A stretch of 64,000 nt of DNA, taken from positions 130,138,001-130,202,000 of the forward strand of contig NC_042997.1 in NCBI RefSeq assembly GCF_006345805.1, read 5' to 3'. A program made the translations under genes and the position numbers. The notes below the pieces were generated by a model, which was given only the letters and a program-made list of their open reading frames with translations, ran no database searches and was not told the origin of the DNA. Below, in pieces: positions 50,305-64,000 of this stretch. Source of the stretch: Octopus sinensis. Lineage: Eukaryota. Positions within the stretch are counted from its first letter, which is position 1. Each line of letters opens with the position of its first letter.

Positions 50305-52960
50305 ACGCATTACATATCTTTTTAATTTTCAATTCTATTTGATTTTATTATTAAAGCTCAATATTTGGTTTTTGTAAAAAGTTAATCTTTTTTCCTGTAT
50401 TATATTCTGTTTAGAGTTTGTCAATTCCTCTCTAAAATTGTTTCACTTCATCTGGCCTTCTTGTCTTTCTTATATTCTCAATTAAACCATTTCTGTTTTC
50501 TGTTACAGTGGGCTTTTATAATTGTCATTATATTTTATTTTTGGAGAATGCCACCCCTACTGTTTGTTATTTTGATTAAAACAGCTTTTAATTTGATGTA
50601 CATTAAAAAAAACTATCCTCTTTACAAAGCTCCCTTATCTTGGACACTGCAGACATTAACCTGTTTCTGCTGGTAATTGTCCAGATCAGTTGTTCTTTCT
50701 CAATCTTTATGGTTGACCACTGTGAGATTTGTTCTTATATTTTCTATATCTTCTGGCAAGAATATTTCTCTCTTTTCATGATAGATTATATATTGAGTTT
50801 GTGTGTGTGTATTCTTTTTTTCCTTTTACATATTTCAGTTACAGTCATTGGCCTATATATATATATATATATACACATATATATATATATATAATATATC
50901 ATCATCATCATCATATGTCCATTATCCAACATATATATATATAATATATATTTATATATATATATATATGTGTGTGTGTGTGCATGCGTACACACATACT
51001 TCAATTTTTAACTCTTTCAATGCCAAGACATTTTTTTTATGATTTCTCTGTCCTTTTTCTTCTGCAGTACAGCCCATATCACACAGTTACTTCTGCCACA
51101 AATCTCTTGAAGGGCGGGGCACCCAGTAAGTGCCATAAAGTAATAGTAATAGTAATATTAGTGATGGCATTACTACTACTTTGAAATAAAACAAAAGTAT
51201 CACTATATTAAAGTAGCTGTGAACACAGTTGTTGTAGTAGAAGTAGTAGTAATTATAATAATATTGCTACTACTTTATGTCTTGCATGCAACAAAAAAAA
51301 TGTGTGTGTATCTCTCTTGTTGTTTTAGATGCTATGCTTTTTAATAAGTTTCTTACTTACCAAGCTTAAATTTTCCTACCTTACTTCAGATATAACACTT
51401 TTGTATGCCAGTCCCAATGTGTTTGATTTCACCTCTCGTTTTTTTCACATTTATATGTACAGTAGTTTTGTTTAACTTTGTCAGCATGCTTTGTAAAATC
51501 TATTTGTAATTATGTAGTTCCTCATGTAAAACTCCTTTAACCAAACATTTACTCTTGTATTGTTTCCTTCTATGTCATTCCACAGAAAAGACATGGTTAT
51601 CATTAGAGCTTGTGGTTGTTTTGTTCTAGACATCTAATCTCCTGACTTAGAGTTAGACTACATTTGGTCTGGAATAATTAAGTCGATATAAATTTGTTAG
51701 ATGGTAGTTTGTGGATGAAATATCTAAACAAAACCAGCATGTGAATTACAAAAATCTAAGATTTCTGACATGAGTTCAACATACATTTTGTCCCTGTAAA
51801 TCGAATTATGAGAATTGATGCGGATAATTTTACTAAATAATATGAAATTTATTATTAAACTGTATCAAATCTAAATGATTATTCTGTGTTCAATTCTAGT
51901 TTAATATACTGTTTCACTCCATTCCCTCAGTTTACAGTTTCTTTGAGGGAGTTTGGTTAAACAAGTTTATCTGACTAAACCAAAGTAAATTTAGTATTTT
52001 TTTTGATTGCTTATTAGGTCCTTCTCACTAATTGATCTATGTGATGACAATCTCTTACCTTCTTCACCATCACCACCATTTTGATTATATGATTTAAAAT
52101 TGCTTTAGTTCACAGTTCAAAAGTATATTAAAGTAGATTATGGTTAGTGACATCAAATTAATGTGATCAGTGATGCTAAATTAATGCAGCCATTGACAGA
52201 TCAGTGCAGTCATTAACTTCAGCTTAATGAGGCGGAGGATATCAGATCAATGTGTCTATAATATAAAATCAATATGGTCAGTGACACTAAATCAATGTCT
52301 TGTTCTAACATATAAATGACATATAATTGATAATGATGAACATGAAAATACTTTCACTAGTAGAACTCTCAAAAGCTTACTGATTTAATTTAAATGATAC
52401 TTGATTTTATTAGAATTTAAAAATATATATTGAATTAGTAGTTTTGTTCTGTATTTGACCTAACTATAACACTGTAGTTTTAACATATCTTAATATGAAT
52501 CTAATATATTTTGCTCTAACCATAGTTATTTTAATAGGCAATAATACCATTTACACTACCAATCTAACTTTACTGGTTTAATTGTTCTTATGTTATTTTG
52601 CCAAAATGTTGATATTAATATAAATGTGATTTTATTATGCTATGATGTCGTTTTATCATCAGTCATCTTCATCAATATTTTGACATCCATGCTGTTTGAC
52701 CAAGATAGTTGTGGCATACAGTTTATCAATCTTTATCTTTTCTGTAAGTTCAAACATTCTGAGATCTAATCTCACCATTTCTTCCTATGTCACTGTGTCT
52801 CATTTTAAGTCCTTCAACTGAAATGGCAATATGCCTAGATGTATTAATACCATCTGACTGTTACATACAGCCTGGTTGAGTATTTCATCACTTATTTATT
52901 TACAGTATAAATAATCTGCACAATATATATAGTGACATTGAACTAGTGCATTGTGTAGAT

Positions 52961-53615
52961 CAGTGTTTCTCAACCTTTTTACCCTTGTGTAAGCCTTAAA
53001 ATAAATTACACGGCCTTTTTATGTTTTATTATCCTAAATTTTTAATTTACCAAAGTTTTATAACTTTAAGCATAAATTTACTGTGTTTTGTATGTAACAC
53101 TGATTCTTATATATTTATATATATTATATGATTTTTATCTATTTATATATGCCGAATTTTATATCCGTTCTGTAGATATAAATGAATATATATCTTATTT
53201 TTCCTATACACACACACACATCTTTGTGTGTGGATCTTAGTGATGTTCCTTTAGTTCCAGCTTGCATTGCCGCCGCTCAAATTAAGAAGTGGTGTGTGTG
53301 TATATATATATATATATTTGGTTGTTACATTTTTTTGATAAAAGGTTAGATAGGATGTCTATATTACAATAACCAGAGAAATTGTCATATAGACATTAAT
53401 TTATTTGAGCAAATTCAGTTCTCTATAATATCAAATTCCTTACACCTACAATTCTTTCCATGCCCAATTAATTCAATTTAAGGAGTATGTTGTGCATGCA
53501 TAGTAATATTATGGTCGTGAAATTAGCATTAGCTTATCTCACTCTTTCTCGCGGAACCCCTAGGAAACTTTTGTGGAACCCTAGGGTTCCAGAGAACCTT
53601 GGTTGAGAAATGCTG
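52961..53615. mobile_element. hAT (Charlie-like) non-autonomous element
   Basis: TIRs CAGTGTTTCTCAACC / GGTTGAGAAATGCTG; perfect 8-bp TSD GTGTAGAT at 52953-52960 and 53616-53623. Confidence 0.9.
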
Positions 53616-56415
53616 GTGTAGATATTAATATGTATGTATGTGCTTATGATCTAATATGCTGCTGATACTTACATCCTTATGTACTAAGATGGTGAAGAAA
53701 CAAAATCAGTGTTAAGGCTTCTCTTCTCTATCATTGTTGCTTCTGCTTTTCACTGTATAACATTGCACTGAATATTTAAAAACATTCTTTACGTAGAAAG
53801 TTTTGCTTGTATGTATCTCTACTGCTGCAAACACTACTCGAACTTAATCCTAACTTCATAGATGTTTAATATAGCATTCATAATTTTGTTGAGCTATATC
53901 ATGTCAAGCTAGCCGAGGCATGCTTCAAAATCACCTTCTATATATCTCTTGCTATAATTAGTCAGTGAAGGTTCATGAGTTCTTCCCTCTATGAACAATA
54001 TATTGCTATCTCTATAGCCTCAACAATACTTACTCATATCATCTCTAGTCTAATCAAAACTCTCTGCAAAGTGACCAGTACTTTAATGCATGTGCCCATT
54101 TTTGTTCCCCTTCATTATTTATAGCCACACATAAGTTAGCTCCTATTTATACACACTTGTGAATAAGCTTCTGCTATTAACAAATCACTATGGAGCCATC
54201 CTAACCTTAAAGGATCTTCTTTGTACAAAAGAAAGCTGTCTTAGTCTTAAATAATAATGATACATAAATACATATTAATCTCCTTGAACGACCAGTCATT
54301 TATCTGGGAAGGCCTTGAAATCAATGTTACCATCAGAGGACTATCTCTTACCCATTGATAATAAAAAGACTGAAAGGAGGTCTACAACCAAATAACTTTA
54401 CTCAAAATAACACTTTGCAACTGAATCAGTGGATGCAAAGATGCCTCTCCTTTACTTGACAATTTATGCACCACATTGCAGAAATCACAATCTAAGTATA
54501 TCTCATAACAAACTCACACAGCCATGTCTGCAACTCTATATAATTTTCTGTTTTGTTCCTAATTTATTTGAACCACAAAATTACAGCAAATGTCGATAAT
54601 AAGATATTGTTTTGTGGGGTCCATGACAAAAAATCAAAAGTAAAGAAAAGACACATTAGACAGTGTAGTCTTAGACACTTCTGAAAAAAAAAGGATGATC
54701 ATAGCTTTAAATATAGATTTACTAAATCCAGAGAGTGACCAGAGCCTAAACAATAAATTATTTTCTTATAATGTCCCTCACCTGTAGAACAATGTCTGTT
54801 AGTCTGTTTATACATTACAGAAGATGTTATATCCTTAATTAAGACTCACTTATTCTACATTGCCTACAATCACTATATTCTATTTCATATATGACAATTG
54901 TATAATATATTGAAATAACTGTATGAAACCAAATATGTCTGATGTATTTTCCTTGAAAGAGTAATTCTGGAATAGAACTTGCCCCCTTCACAGCCCTCTC
55001 CTCAGTTTTAAAATAGTTCCAGTACTTCCAGTCTCTATATTGTGATGACCTGTACAGAACCATTCTTTCAATATCCTTCAATAACTGAGGTATATAACTT
55101 CATACAATTTTTACCATGAGCAGTTCTAACAGTTAAATGTAAGTTGATTGGGGAATAGTGAAGTAAGTGCTAAGGTTCTTAATGTAGTAAAGCAAGAATT
55201 TTAATTAATTAAAATTACAATTGTAATAAGGATATATAAAAGAAAAAACAATCATTGGCTTAACAATAAATTCTGGTCAAGAAATAAATTCATTAAAAAC
55301 ACAATGCATTTGTGTTGTGGAGAGTTAAGTCTGACTTATTTACTGTGTAGTGACAACTCCAAATCATGTTTCAATCTTATTAGAACCTTCTCAGTAAACC
55401 ATTGTCTGAGCAGTAGTTTAACTTAGTTTGATATATCTGTCTAAAACAAACAAATACCTTACAAAAGGTTTTTTCCTAAACAAAGTTTTAACCACTTATA
55501 AAGTCTTCTTAATTAAAGCAATATTTAACTCTTTGAAAATCTACTGCTGTGTGGCTGAGTATATCATTCTAATGTCCCCACCACCCATCTATAGAATAAG
55601 TTCAATTGCTTATTCATTTAAAATCTAAAATGTTATATATTCCCCATCCCCCCCTTTATGTTTTTAGAATTAGCAAGTTTGGAACAAGATATTTATATGT
55701 TGTTCTTTATTTCAATTACTTAATAGTTTTCAGGGATTGCTTTTTTTCACTGGTAAAGTTTGAGGTTTTTATAGTTTAACCCATTTGTTACTATATTTCC
55801 ATTGGAATACATCATCATCATCGTTTAGCATCCATTTTCCATGCTAGCATGGGTTGGACAGTTCGACCGGGGTCTGGGAAGCCAGAAGGGCTGCACCAGG
55901 CTCCAGTCTGATCTGGCAGTGTTTCTACAGCTGGATGCCCTTCCTAACGCCAACCACTCCATGAGTGTAGTGGGTACTTTTTACATGCCACCGGCACAGG
56001 TGCCAGGTGAGGCTGGCAATGACCACGATTGGTTGGTGCTTTTTATGTGCCACCAGCATGGAAGCCAGTCAAGGCGGTTCTGGCATCGGCCACATTCGGA
56101 TGGTGCATTTTACGTGCCACCGGCACAGGTATCACAACTGCAATTTCCATTTGATTTTTTTAGTTAAAATAAATTCTGCTTTTTCTTAATCTGGTGTTTG
56201 GACTATAAAGTAACATGAAATGTTGAAAGAATATTTTAATTTAGATTTCTTTAAAGATGAATTTTTTCTTTATCAAAGGACTGGCAATCCCAGCTGGGTT
56301 GGTATCAAATGAGTTATAGAAACGTAGACAGTTTAAAACATTTGTTAAAGTAAAAAACTATTTCTTGTTTATTGTGAAAATTATTTTGAGATATAACTTT
56401 TAAAATGATGGAGAT

Positions 56416-56665
56416 TGTTGCATGTACATACCTCCAGCTGAAGTATGACCAGTTGCATGTACATAACTGTAATGTAGCTAGAGAAGGTGCAACCTGCATG
56501 TACATATCACCAGCTGTAGGGCAACCAGTTGAATGTTTATGACACCAGCAAACTGTTGCATATATATAGCACTACCGCTAGTGCAGCTGCTTTCAGGTAC
56601 TTAGCACCAACTGTTGCATGTACATAACAAACATCAGCTCTTGTGCAACCAGTTGCATGTACCCA
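56416..56665 (+). repeat. Degenerate repeat with GTTGCATGTACAT core
   Basis: Core or close variant recurs about seven times at irregular spacing. Confidence 0.7.
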
Positions 56666-56741
56666 ATATTTGTTCATTCACTTCCTTTTTATCTATTTCT
56701 TTCTTTTCTCTCCACTTCACATGTTCTCCATTGTATGTTTG

Positions 56742-56785
<44 letters not shown>

Positions 56786-56805
56786 CATATATATATGTAT
56801 GTATG

Positions 56806-57105
56806 TGGAGGCACGTGGCCTAGTGGTTAGAGCAGCGGACTCGCAGTTGAGGGATTGCGGGTTCGAATCTCAGACCGGGCGATGTGTGTGTCTATGAGCA
56901 AAAGACCTAAGCTCCACGCGGCTACAGCTGAAGTTAATGGCGAACTTCTACTGACTCTTTCGCCACAACTTTCTCTCACTCTTTCCTCCTGCATCTTGCA
57001 GCTCACCTGCGACGGACCGGCATCCCATCCAGGTGAGAAACCTATACGCCAAGGAAACCGGGAAACCGGCCCTTATGAGCCAGATATGGCTCAAGAAGGA
57101 ACAAA
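56806..57105 (+). mobile_element. tRNA-derived SINE family C (others: 8093-8393 -, 31186-31300 -, 58046-58345 +)
   Basis: Head ggcacgtggcctagtggttagagcagcggactc...gggttcgaatctcagacc followed by a conserved non-tRNA body. Confidence 0.85.
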
Positions 57106-57416
57106 CATATATATGTATGTATATATAACACTATGTAACATGATTATTATCCTTGGGTAGCGACTGTTATTTCCTAAAGTATGAAAATGGCTAATATTTC
57201 CTTCAAAATTTGCTTTTGATACATTTATTCAAGCCCTATAGAATCCCTCTCAACACATGTCTATGATGCTTCCCCACTACTCCTGCTCATGACCAGAGAG
57301 GCACATATTGTCAGCCACTAAAGGACATGCTCAAATGGTTATGGTCAAGCAACTGACAAGAAAATCTATGGTATTGAGCAGAACATTTGCTACTATGATA
57401 TTTCTGCTTCAACAAC

Positions 57417-57526
57417 TCAGTGCTGAATCTGTCTGAAATGTAATGGAAAATAGGCCAGTTTCAAAGCATTGATGTCCAGGTCACGAGAGCAAAGTTTGAA
57501 AGGAATGGGGTCATTTCCGTTGATTT
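57417..57526 (-). CDS. Weak candidate exon of a - strand gene, xINGNDPIPFKLCSRDLDINALKLAYFPLHFRQIQH*
   Basis: Strong minus-strand acceptor tttcttatttgcttctatttag followed by 35 open codons; no homology recognised. Confidence 0.25.
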
Positions 57527-58719
57527 CTAAATAGAAGCAAATAAGAAATAACACTTGCTGACCAAAGATAAAAAAAAATAAACATTGTTACACAGTGTAA
57601 TCAGTCAGTGAATCATTAACTGTTTACCTATAAATATAAACTTGATAGGCTATATCAAGTGCTCTTTTCTATTTGTATACACAAATCCATGTGTGTGTGT
57701 GTGTGTGTGTACACATATATACATAGAAAACATGACTGATATTTTATGCTTTATTTAATGTACTTCTACTTCAGTGAGCATTTTAAATGATAATTCTGAT
57801 AAAGTGAGCCGGTTGTGTTGTGTAGCATTATAGGCCCTGCTGGCTTACATAACTGATACCAGTCAGCTTACCAAAACACATGTACCAGTTCTTTTGTTCC
57901 TTCTCTATGCATACGTGGACTCCACATACTAGTCTGTCTGGGAGTTATGATGGATGCCCAAACCTTCTGGTAGTGTGTCAAACCTTTCAGCACACCTTTT
58001 AAAGTGTACTCTATATATGTCTGTGTGTGTGTATATATACATCAGTGGTTAGGGCAGTGGACTCGCGGTTGGAGGATTGCGGTTTCGATTCTCAGACCGG
58101 GTGTTGTGTATGTTTATTGAGCGAAAACACCTAAAAAGCTCCACGAGGCTCCAGCAGGGCATGATGGCAACCCCTGTTGTACTCTTTTGCCCCAACTTTC
58201 TCTCACTCTTTCTTCCTGTTTCTTGAGTTACGCTGCGATGGACTGGCATCCTGTCCAGCTGGGGAGCACACATATGCCATAGAAACCAGGAAACCGGGCC
58301 CTTGAGCCTGACTAGGCTTGAAAAGGGCACATAAATAAAAATAAAAATATATACACACACACCATAATCAGCTATTAGTTTCAAGGTAGCTCTGACTGTC
58401 AATGTGTCACTGCAGCCCCTGCATCATCTCCAGGTGCCCCTGTTTCATAGATAGATATCTCCAGATATCAGTACTGATGTCTCTCTCACTCTTTTTATAT
58501 TTCTTTATTGCGTCTTTGTAGGAGAGTTGAATTGTTGATCAGTGTCATTCAATAATCAGGTGCTGAAACGATAGTAATAGGCACAATTGGATTATAACTT
58601 TTCCATTTATTGTACATGTCGAGATTACATGGATCTAGCTCTTTTGGATGTTGGTAAGACCAGCTTTATGTAGAATGATGGTGTCTGATAATCCTATTAT
58701 GTCAACCCTTCACTGACTG

Positions 58720-59250
58720 GACTGGAGTGATGAGATTGATGTGGTTAGTGTTCACTTGAGCTTCTCTAGATTGACTATGATGAAGAAATTACTCAAAAGA
58801 ATAAATAAAGTTAAAACCGCACTAATAAGAATGAAAAAGATCCTTATCTCAAAAGACATAACACTATACCTAAGATTGAGACAAGGAAACTATTATATTA
58901 TGCCAGCTGTTATGTACAGGGCAGAAGTGTAGACAATGTACACACAGCAATGGGGAAGAAGATTTGAAACCAAGAAGATGTGGATCTTTTGCAGATTAGG
59001 CATCAGAATAAGCTGGAAAGTCAGGCTAAGAAGCCTGCAGTACAAAAAAGCTGAACGTCCAAAAACACTTGGTGTTACGAATCAAGTCCACAAAGCTATC
59101 ATATTTTGGATACACAAGGGGAAGGGAGCAAGAGGCCATCAAAGATGATTGTAGACTGATGTCAAAGAATGGACTGGAAACATGGGTGTAGCTGACTGTG
59201 TGCATGCAGTACAACACAGAGGGAACTGGGACTGGAGAATGTTTGCAAGC
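58720..59250 (+). mobile_element. Degenerate RTE (BovB-like) LINE 3' fragment
   Basis: KRINKVKTALIRMKKILISKDITLYLRLR...YIMPAVMY...KKMWIFCRL..RISWK resembles the RTE ORF2 C-terminal region. Confidence 0.65.
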
Positions 59251-59956
59251 TAATCCCGGAACACAGAAGGTCGCTTGGCTGATGAGGTTAACATCTGCAT
59301 GAAAAAAATGAACTTAAGAAAGAGAATTCCATAGGATTGCAGTTTAGGAGTTATGGATCTTGGTGATGAGACAGTAGAAGCAATGAAAGGGGTGCTGGCA
59401 TCAGCCGCGTTCGGATGGTGTTTTTTACATGCCACCGGCACGGGTATATGCAAACAACGGATGAATAAGAATTTCATATAGTGTATCTAGTTGAACTGTG
59501 AATGTACAAGATGTGTAGTGGAATTATAGAGAGTCTGGTAGAAGGAAGACTTTCTATGTAGCAGACACAAAAAGAATTCCTTACAGTAGGAGCATCCAGG
59601 AAATAACTTTCAGATGCTGAGAATGTTCATAACTTTTGTTACCTAGTTAATATCTTTTCAGTGGAAGTGTTGGTTCAGAAAACATAATAGCCTGAGCACA
59701 GAAGTGTATTAAATTTTCAGGAAGCTATTATTCCTGTTTATAAAGGGATTACTCTTTAAGCCAGCTGTTCAAAAACCATGTTTCCAGTGTAATGCATAGG
59801 GGAAGTTTGGTCTACAATATCTGTGGACGTGTCTGTTTATCAAGTACCAGGCTCAGTCACCTGCAGAACCACAAGTGTAAAGTATATTTTTGTCTCAGCG
59901 CACAATGTTCTTAATGGTCAATGATGGTCTTCCTCAGTCACAAGTGGACAGCTCTC

Positions 59957-59994
<38 letters not shown>

Positions 59995-61460
59995 GCATAC
60001 ATCTCTTTCTATTTGTACCTCTGTTAATATTACTATAGATATATAGTTTCTCAGCAGTGGTAGATAAATATCTGTCGAGAAACATGTAATATCTTTCAGT
60101 TTTATCCACAGACCATATTATTTATCATAATACTATGTTTAATCATGCTATTTTAGATTTCATTGCATGTTTAGTATATAGGCATTTTTTTAATGCATCA
60201 CTATATATCTGTGTGCTTTTTTGTGGAAATGTCTGTATTTTTGCCTCATATTTCATTTTTTTACTTAATGAAAAATCTGAAGCTTCAATTTAAAAATGTG
60301 ATTCTATTTCAGAGATAAAGCCAAAATGTATTTTAAAAAATGTATGGACCATAATTTGTGGGTAAAAATTGTTATTTTGACTGGGTATTACATAAGCATG
60401 TAATATACCATAGAAACTTGTAATATATCTATATACTTAACATATAAGTATATAATAGCAGTTTTAATTAATCTTTGAAAATTAAATATGACAATACAAT
60501 ATATGAATATTTTATATCTAGGTTGGATATAAACATTATAATCCATTGTCATTACTGAACTCATCATCATTGTCATCAACATCATCATCCCCCATTATCA
60601 TTCTTATGTCTACTTTTTTTCCAAACTGGCATGGGTTGGACAAGACATGTTGGGGAAGTATACTAAGTGTGGATGGACATCCTTCCTTTCACCAACCCTC
60701 ATGTTTCGAGTAAAGTACTTCATTCTACATCTTTGCACTTTGAACTACTGAGCTGCTGGATGCTTTGTTTATGTTGAAAATAAATGTCTGTATTGCTGTA
60801 CAAGCAGTGTCAATGCAAAAGTCATACAGACAAAAACAAACACACACAGACACACATGTGCGTGAATAAATATATACTCTTTTACTTGTTTCAGTCATTT
60901 GATTGTGACCATGCTGGAGCACCACCTTTAGTTGAGTAAATCGACCCCAGGACTTATTCTTTGTAAGCCTAGTTCTTATTCTATCGGTCTCTTTTGCCGA
61001 ACTGCTAAGATACGGGGACGTAAACACACCAGTATCGGCTGTCAAGCGATGTTAGGGGGACAAACACAGACACACAAACATATACACACACACATATGTA
61101 CATATATAAGACGGGCTTCTTTCAGTTTCCGTCTACCAAATCCACTCACAAGGCTTTGGTCGGCCCGAGGCTATAGTAGAAGACACTTGCCCAAGGTGCC
61201 ACGCAGAGGTACTGAACCCGGAACCATGTGGTTAGTAAACAAGCTACTTACCACACAGCCACAAACAATTTCTATCAACTGAATTTCACTCATAGAACAT
61301 TGGTCAGCTCGAGGCTTTAGTGGAAGACACTTATCCCAGATAGCCAAGAAAGGGAATTGAACCTGAAACCACATGGTCACAAAATGAACTTCTTAAATGC
61401 ATGGTCATACCAACAATAAAAAAGTATTACAATCTGCTGTCACTAAGGAGGAAGCAAGTA

Positions 61461-61570
61461 TACAAGGTGTATTCCAGGAGTTCTGAGACTTCTCAGGGAG
61501 GCATTTAGTAATTTCAAAAAGTACAACATTCTAATCTCCTTTAAAGTAGGCTCCTCTGACTTCAATGTAC
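61461..61570 (+). mobile_element. Possible mariner-type terminal fragment
   Basis: TA-CAAGGTGT start and tctcctttaaagtaggc block resemble mariner ends; no partner TIR seen. Confidence 0.3.
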
Positions 61571-61771
61571 TTTACTCTTTTACTTGTTTCAGTCATGTGA
61601 CTGTGGCCATGCTGGAGCACCGCCTTTAGTCAAGCAAATCAACACCAGGACTTATTCTTTGTAAGCCTTGTACTTATTCTATCAGTCACCTATGCTGAAC
61701 CGTTAAGTTATGGGCACGTAAACACACCAGCATCAGTTGTCAAGCGACACACAAACATATACACACATATA

Positions 61772-61817
<46 letters not shown>

Positions 61818-62562
61818 TACGGTGGGCTTCTTTCAGTTTCCATCTACCAAATCCACTCACAAGGCTTTGGTTGGCCCGAGGCTATAATAGAAGACACTTG
61901 CCCAAGGTGCCATACAGTGGGACTGAACCCGGAACCATGTGGTCCATAAGCAAGCTACTTACTACACAACCATTCCTACACCTGTATAGTAATACTATAG
62001 TAAAGTTACAATAATCTAGGACAGTTAGCCTCTGCTAAAAAGTCTCAAAACATTTTGTAAGTTTCATGGAGCTGACCAGACAAACTTGTTCTGACTTGTT
62101 CACCTCTTTATTCCTGTACTCTACTGAAAATCATTTCTGTTGTATCTAATCCGTGATATGATAACAGCATTCTCTCACCTGGTCTTTATCTTATTTCCTC
62201 TATTCCAAGGTATTTGAGGCATAGCTTACTGATAAAATATAATTTTGTCTTGCCTTTCAAAAAAATTTTTTTTTTCAAAACTCAAATGTATCGAAATAAA
62301 AATGTTAATTTATTTGATTAAATATTGAAAGCCTGTAAGAGAAAATGCTTAATTAGTAACTAACATTAATAGGAAGAACTGGTACTAATTTACATAATTT
62401 TCTAGTCTATTTTTTTATATATAATCTCTTGTACTAACTGCAGCAAAGTAAACAGGATATCATCGTTACAGTTGATTCCTTAAGACTTCAAATGTTTTTT
62501 AAGTATCTCATTTTATTAGTATCATATTTTATATCTTCACACCAACATTTTGCTCATCATAC

Positions 62563-62621
62563 TTTGTATACAGAGTCATTTCCAGTTTTAGAACAATCTA
62601 AATATCGAATCTTTTTCCAGC
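62563..62621 (-). CDS. Weak candidate exon of a - strand gene, xWKKIRYLDCSKTGNDSVYK
   Basis: Minus-strand acceptor ttttattttgag and donor aaa|gtatga; open frame phase 1 to 0; no homology recognised. Confidence 0.25.
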
Positions 62622-63257
62622 CTCAAAATAAAACCTAACCAATCTTTCCACAATGGCATTTTAAAAAAGGGAAGAAACTGGCAAACTACTTTGAAATATT
62701 TTATTTTATATCATGTGTGGAAGTGGCTCTGTGGTAAGAAATTTGCTTCTCTGTCACATGATTCCAGGTTCAGTTCCACTGTATGGCACCTTGGGCAAGT
62801 GTCTTCTACTCTAGCCTCAGACTAACCAAAGCCTTGTGAGTGGATTTGATCAACTAAAACTAAAAGAAGCCTGTTGTACATATGTGTATATATATATATT
62901 GTGTGTGTATATGCATGAGTCTTTGTATCTGGATTTATCCGCCACCACCACCACCACCACCACCACTTGACAGCTGGTGTTTGTGTGGTTACATCCCCAT
63001 AACTTAGCATTTCAACAACAGACTGATAGAGTAAGCGCCAGAATAGCAAAAATAATAAAGTACTGGTGTTGACTTAGGTTAACATTGTCTTTTATCTTTG
63101 TGGAGTTGGTTGATAAAATAAAATACCTGTTCAGTACTGTAACTGATTTTATTAACTATTGAAATTTGTGGCCTTGTACTTGTTAGAAATCATTTTGCCA
63201 CAAAACTCAGTAACAATACTTTTATCACCTTTCCTTTAACAATATTAGAATATTATA

Positions 63258-63720
63258 AAGGCACCGAGCTGGCAGAAACGTTAGCATACCAGGTGAAATG
63301 CTTAGCGGTATTTCGTCTGTCTAAGGCGGTGAGCTGGCAGAAATGTTAGCATGCTGGGCGAAATGCGTAGCCATATTTCGTCTGCCGTTACGTTCTCAGT
63401 TCAAATTCTGCCAAGGTCGACTTTGCCTTTCATCCTTTCGGGGTCCATAAATTAAGTACCAGTTACGCACTGGGGTCGATGTAATCAATGTAATCCATTT
63501 GTCTGTCCTTGTTTGTCCCCTCTGTGTGTAGTAAAGAAATAGTAATTTCGTCTGTCTTTACATTCTGAGTTCAAATTCGACTGGGGTCACCTTTGCCTTT
63601 CATCCTTTCAGGGTTGATTAATTAAGTACCAATTGCATACTTGGGTTGATCTAATCAACTGGCCCCCTCCCTGAAAATTTCGTGCCTTGTGCCTAGAGTA
63701 GAAAAGAATATTAAATTATT
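63258..63720 (+). mobile_element. Tandem cluster of SINE family A: truncated head, full copy, headless copy
   Basis: Three successive matches to the head/core. Confidence 0.85.
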
Positions 63721-64000
63721 ATAGATTTTACCCCTTTTTACACTTGTTTCTGTCATTGGACTGTGACCATGCTAGAGCACTGCCTTGGTGAATTCAGTTG
63801 AACAAATTGACCTTAGGACTTATTTTAAATTTGGTATTTATTCTATTGATCTCTTTTGCTGAACCACCAAGAGAGAGAGAGAGATACACGCACACACACA
63901 GTGGGGTTCCATACATTTTCTGTCTTTCAAATTCACTCACAGGGCATTGGTCAACCAAAGGCTATAGTAGAAAACACTTGCCCAAGGTGGGACTAAACTT

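Noticed and set aside
56806-56880. tRNA-like sequence (also other SINE heads)
   Set aside because: No proper acceptor or anticodon stems, and each continues into a repeated SINE body
59895-59950. Minus-strand CTGAGGA next to (TA)n, hammerhead-like
   Set aside because: Stem II, GAAA and the cleavage triplet are not recoverable
1230-63049. Most ORFs in the supplied six-frame track
   Set aside because: They are translations of SINEs, microsatellites or off-frame/antisense TE remnants; none is an independent intact gene

Overview
AT-rich, repeat-dense animal nuclear DNA, most likely from an octopus or related coleoid cephalopod (inferred from the SINE and RTE-tail families; not confirmed by a search). 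There are no bacterial-type genes, CRISPR arrays or true tRNA/rRNA genes. The window is mostly intronic: six small, phase-compatible + strand exons (1-38, 7888-7924, 15017-15063, 15171-15225, 40935-40982, 50216-50304) can be joined into the C-terminal part of an unidentified protein with a KEN-box-like and a DHSY motif. A few weaker candidate exons suggest a convergent - strand gene on the right. The rest is several tRNA-derived SINE families, RTE LINE fragments and RTE-tail repeats, CR1, pogo, Helitron and Penelope remnants, hAT and piggyBac MITEs, and mini/microsatellites. The standout signal is a set of fold-back (inverted-repeat) elements carrying hammerhead ribozyme motifs of at least three distinct sequence families, plus a decayed fourth. 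These include a ~960-bp hairpin with two core-intact hammerheads (19834-20791), a head-to-head dimer of a tRNA-head plus hammerhead-tail SINE (6965-7481), and an inverted Penelope pair around an RTE fragment (46201-49310). All calls were made by eye, so repeat boundaries are approximate.
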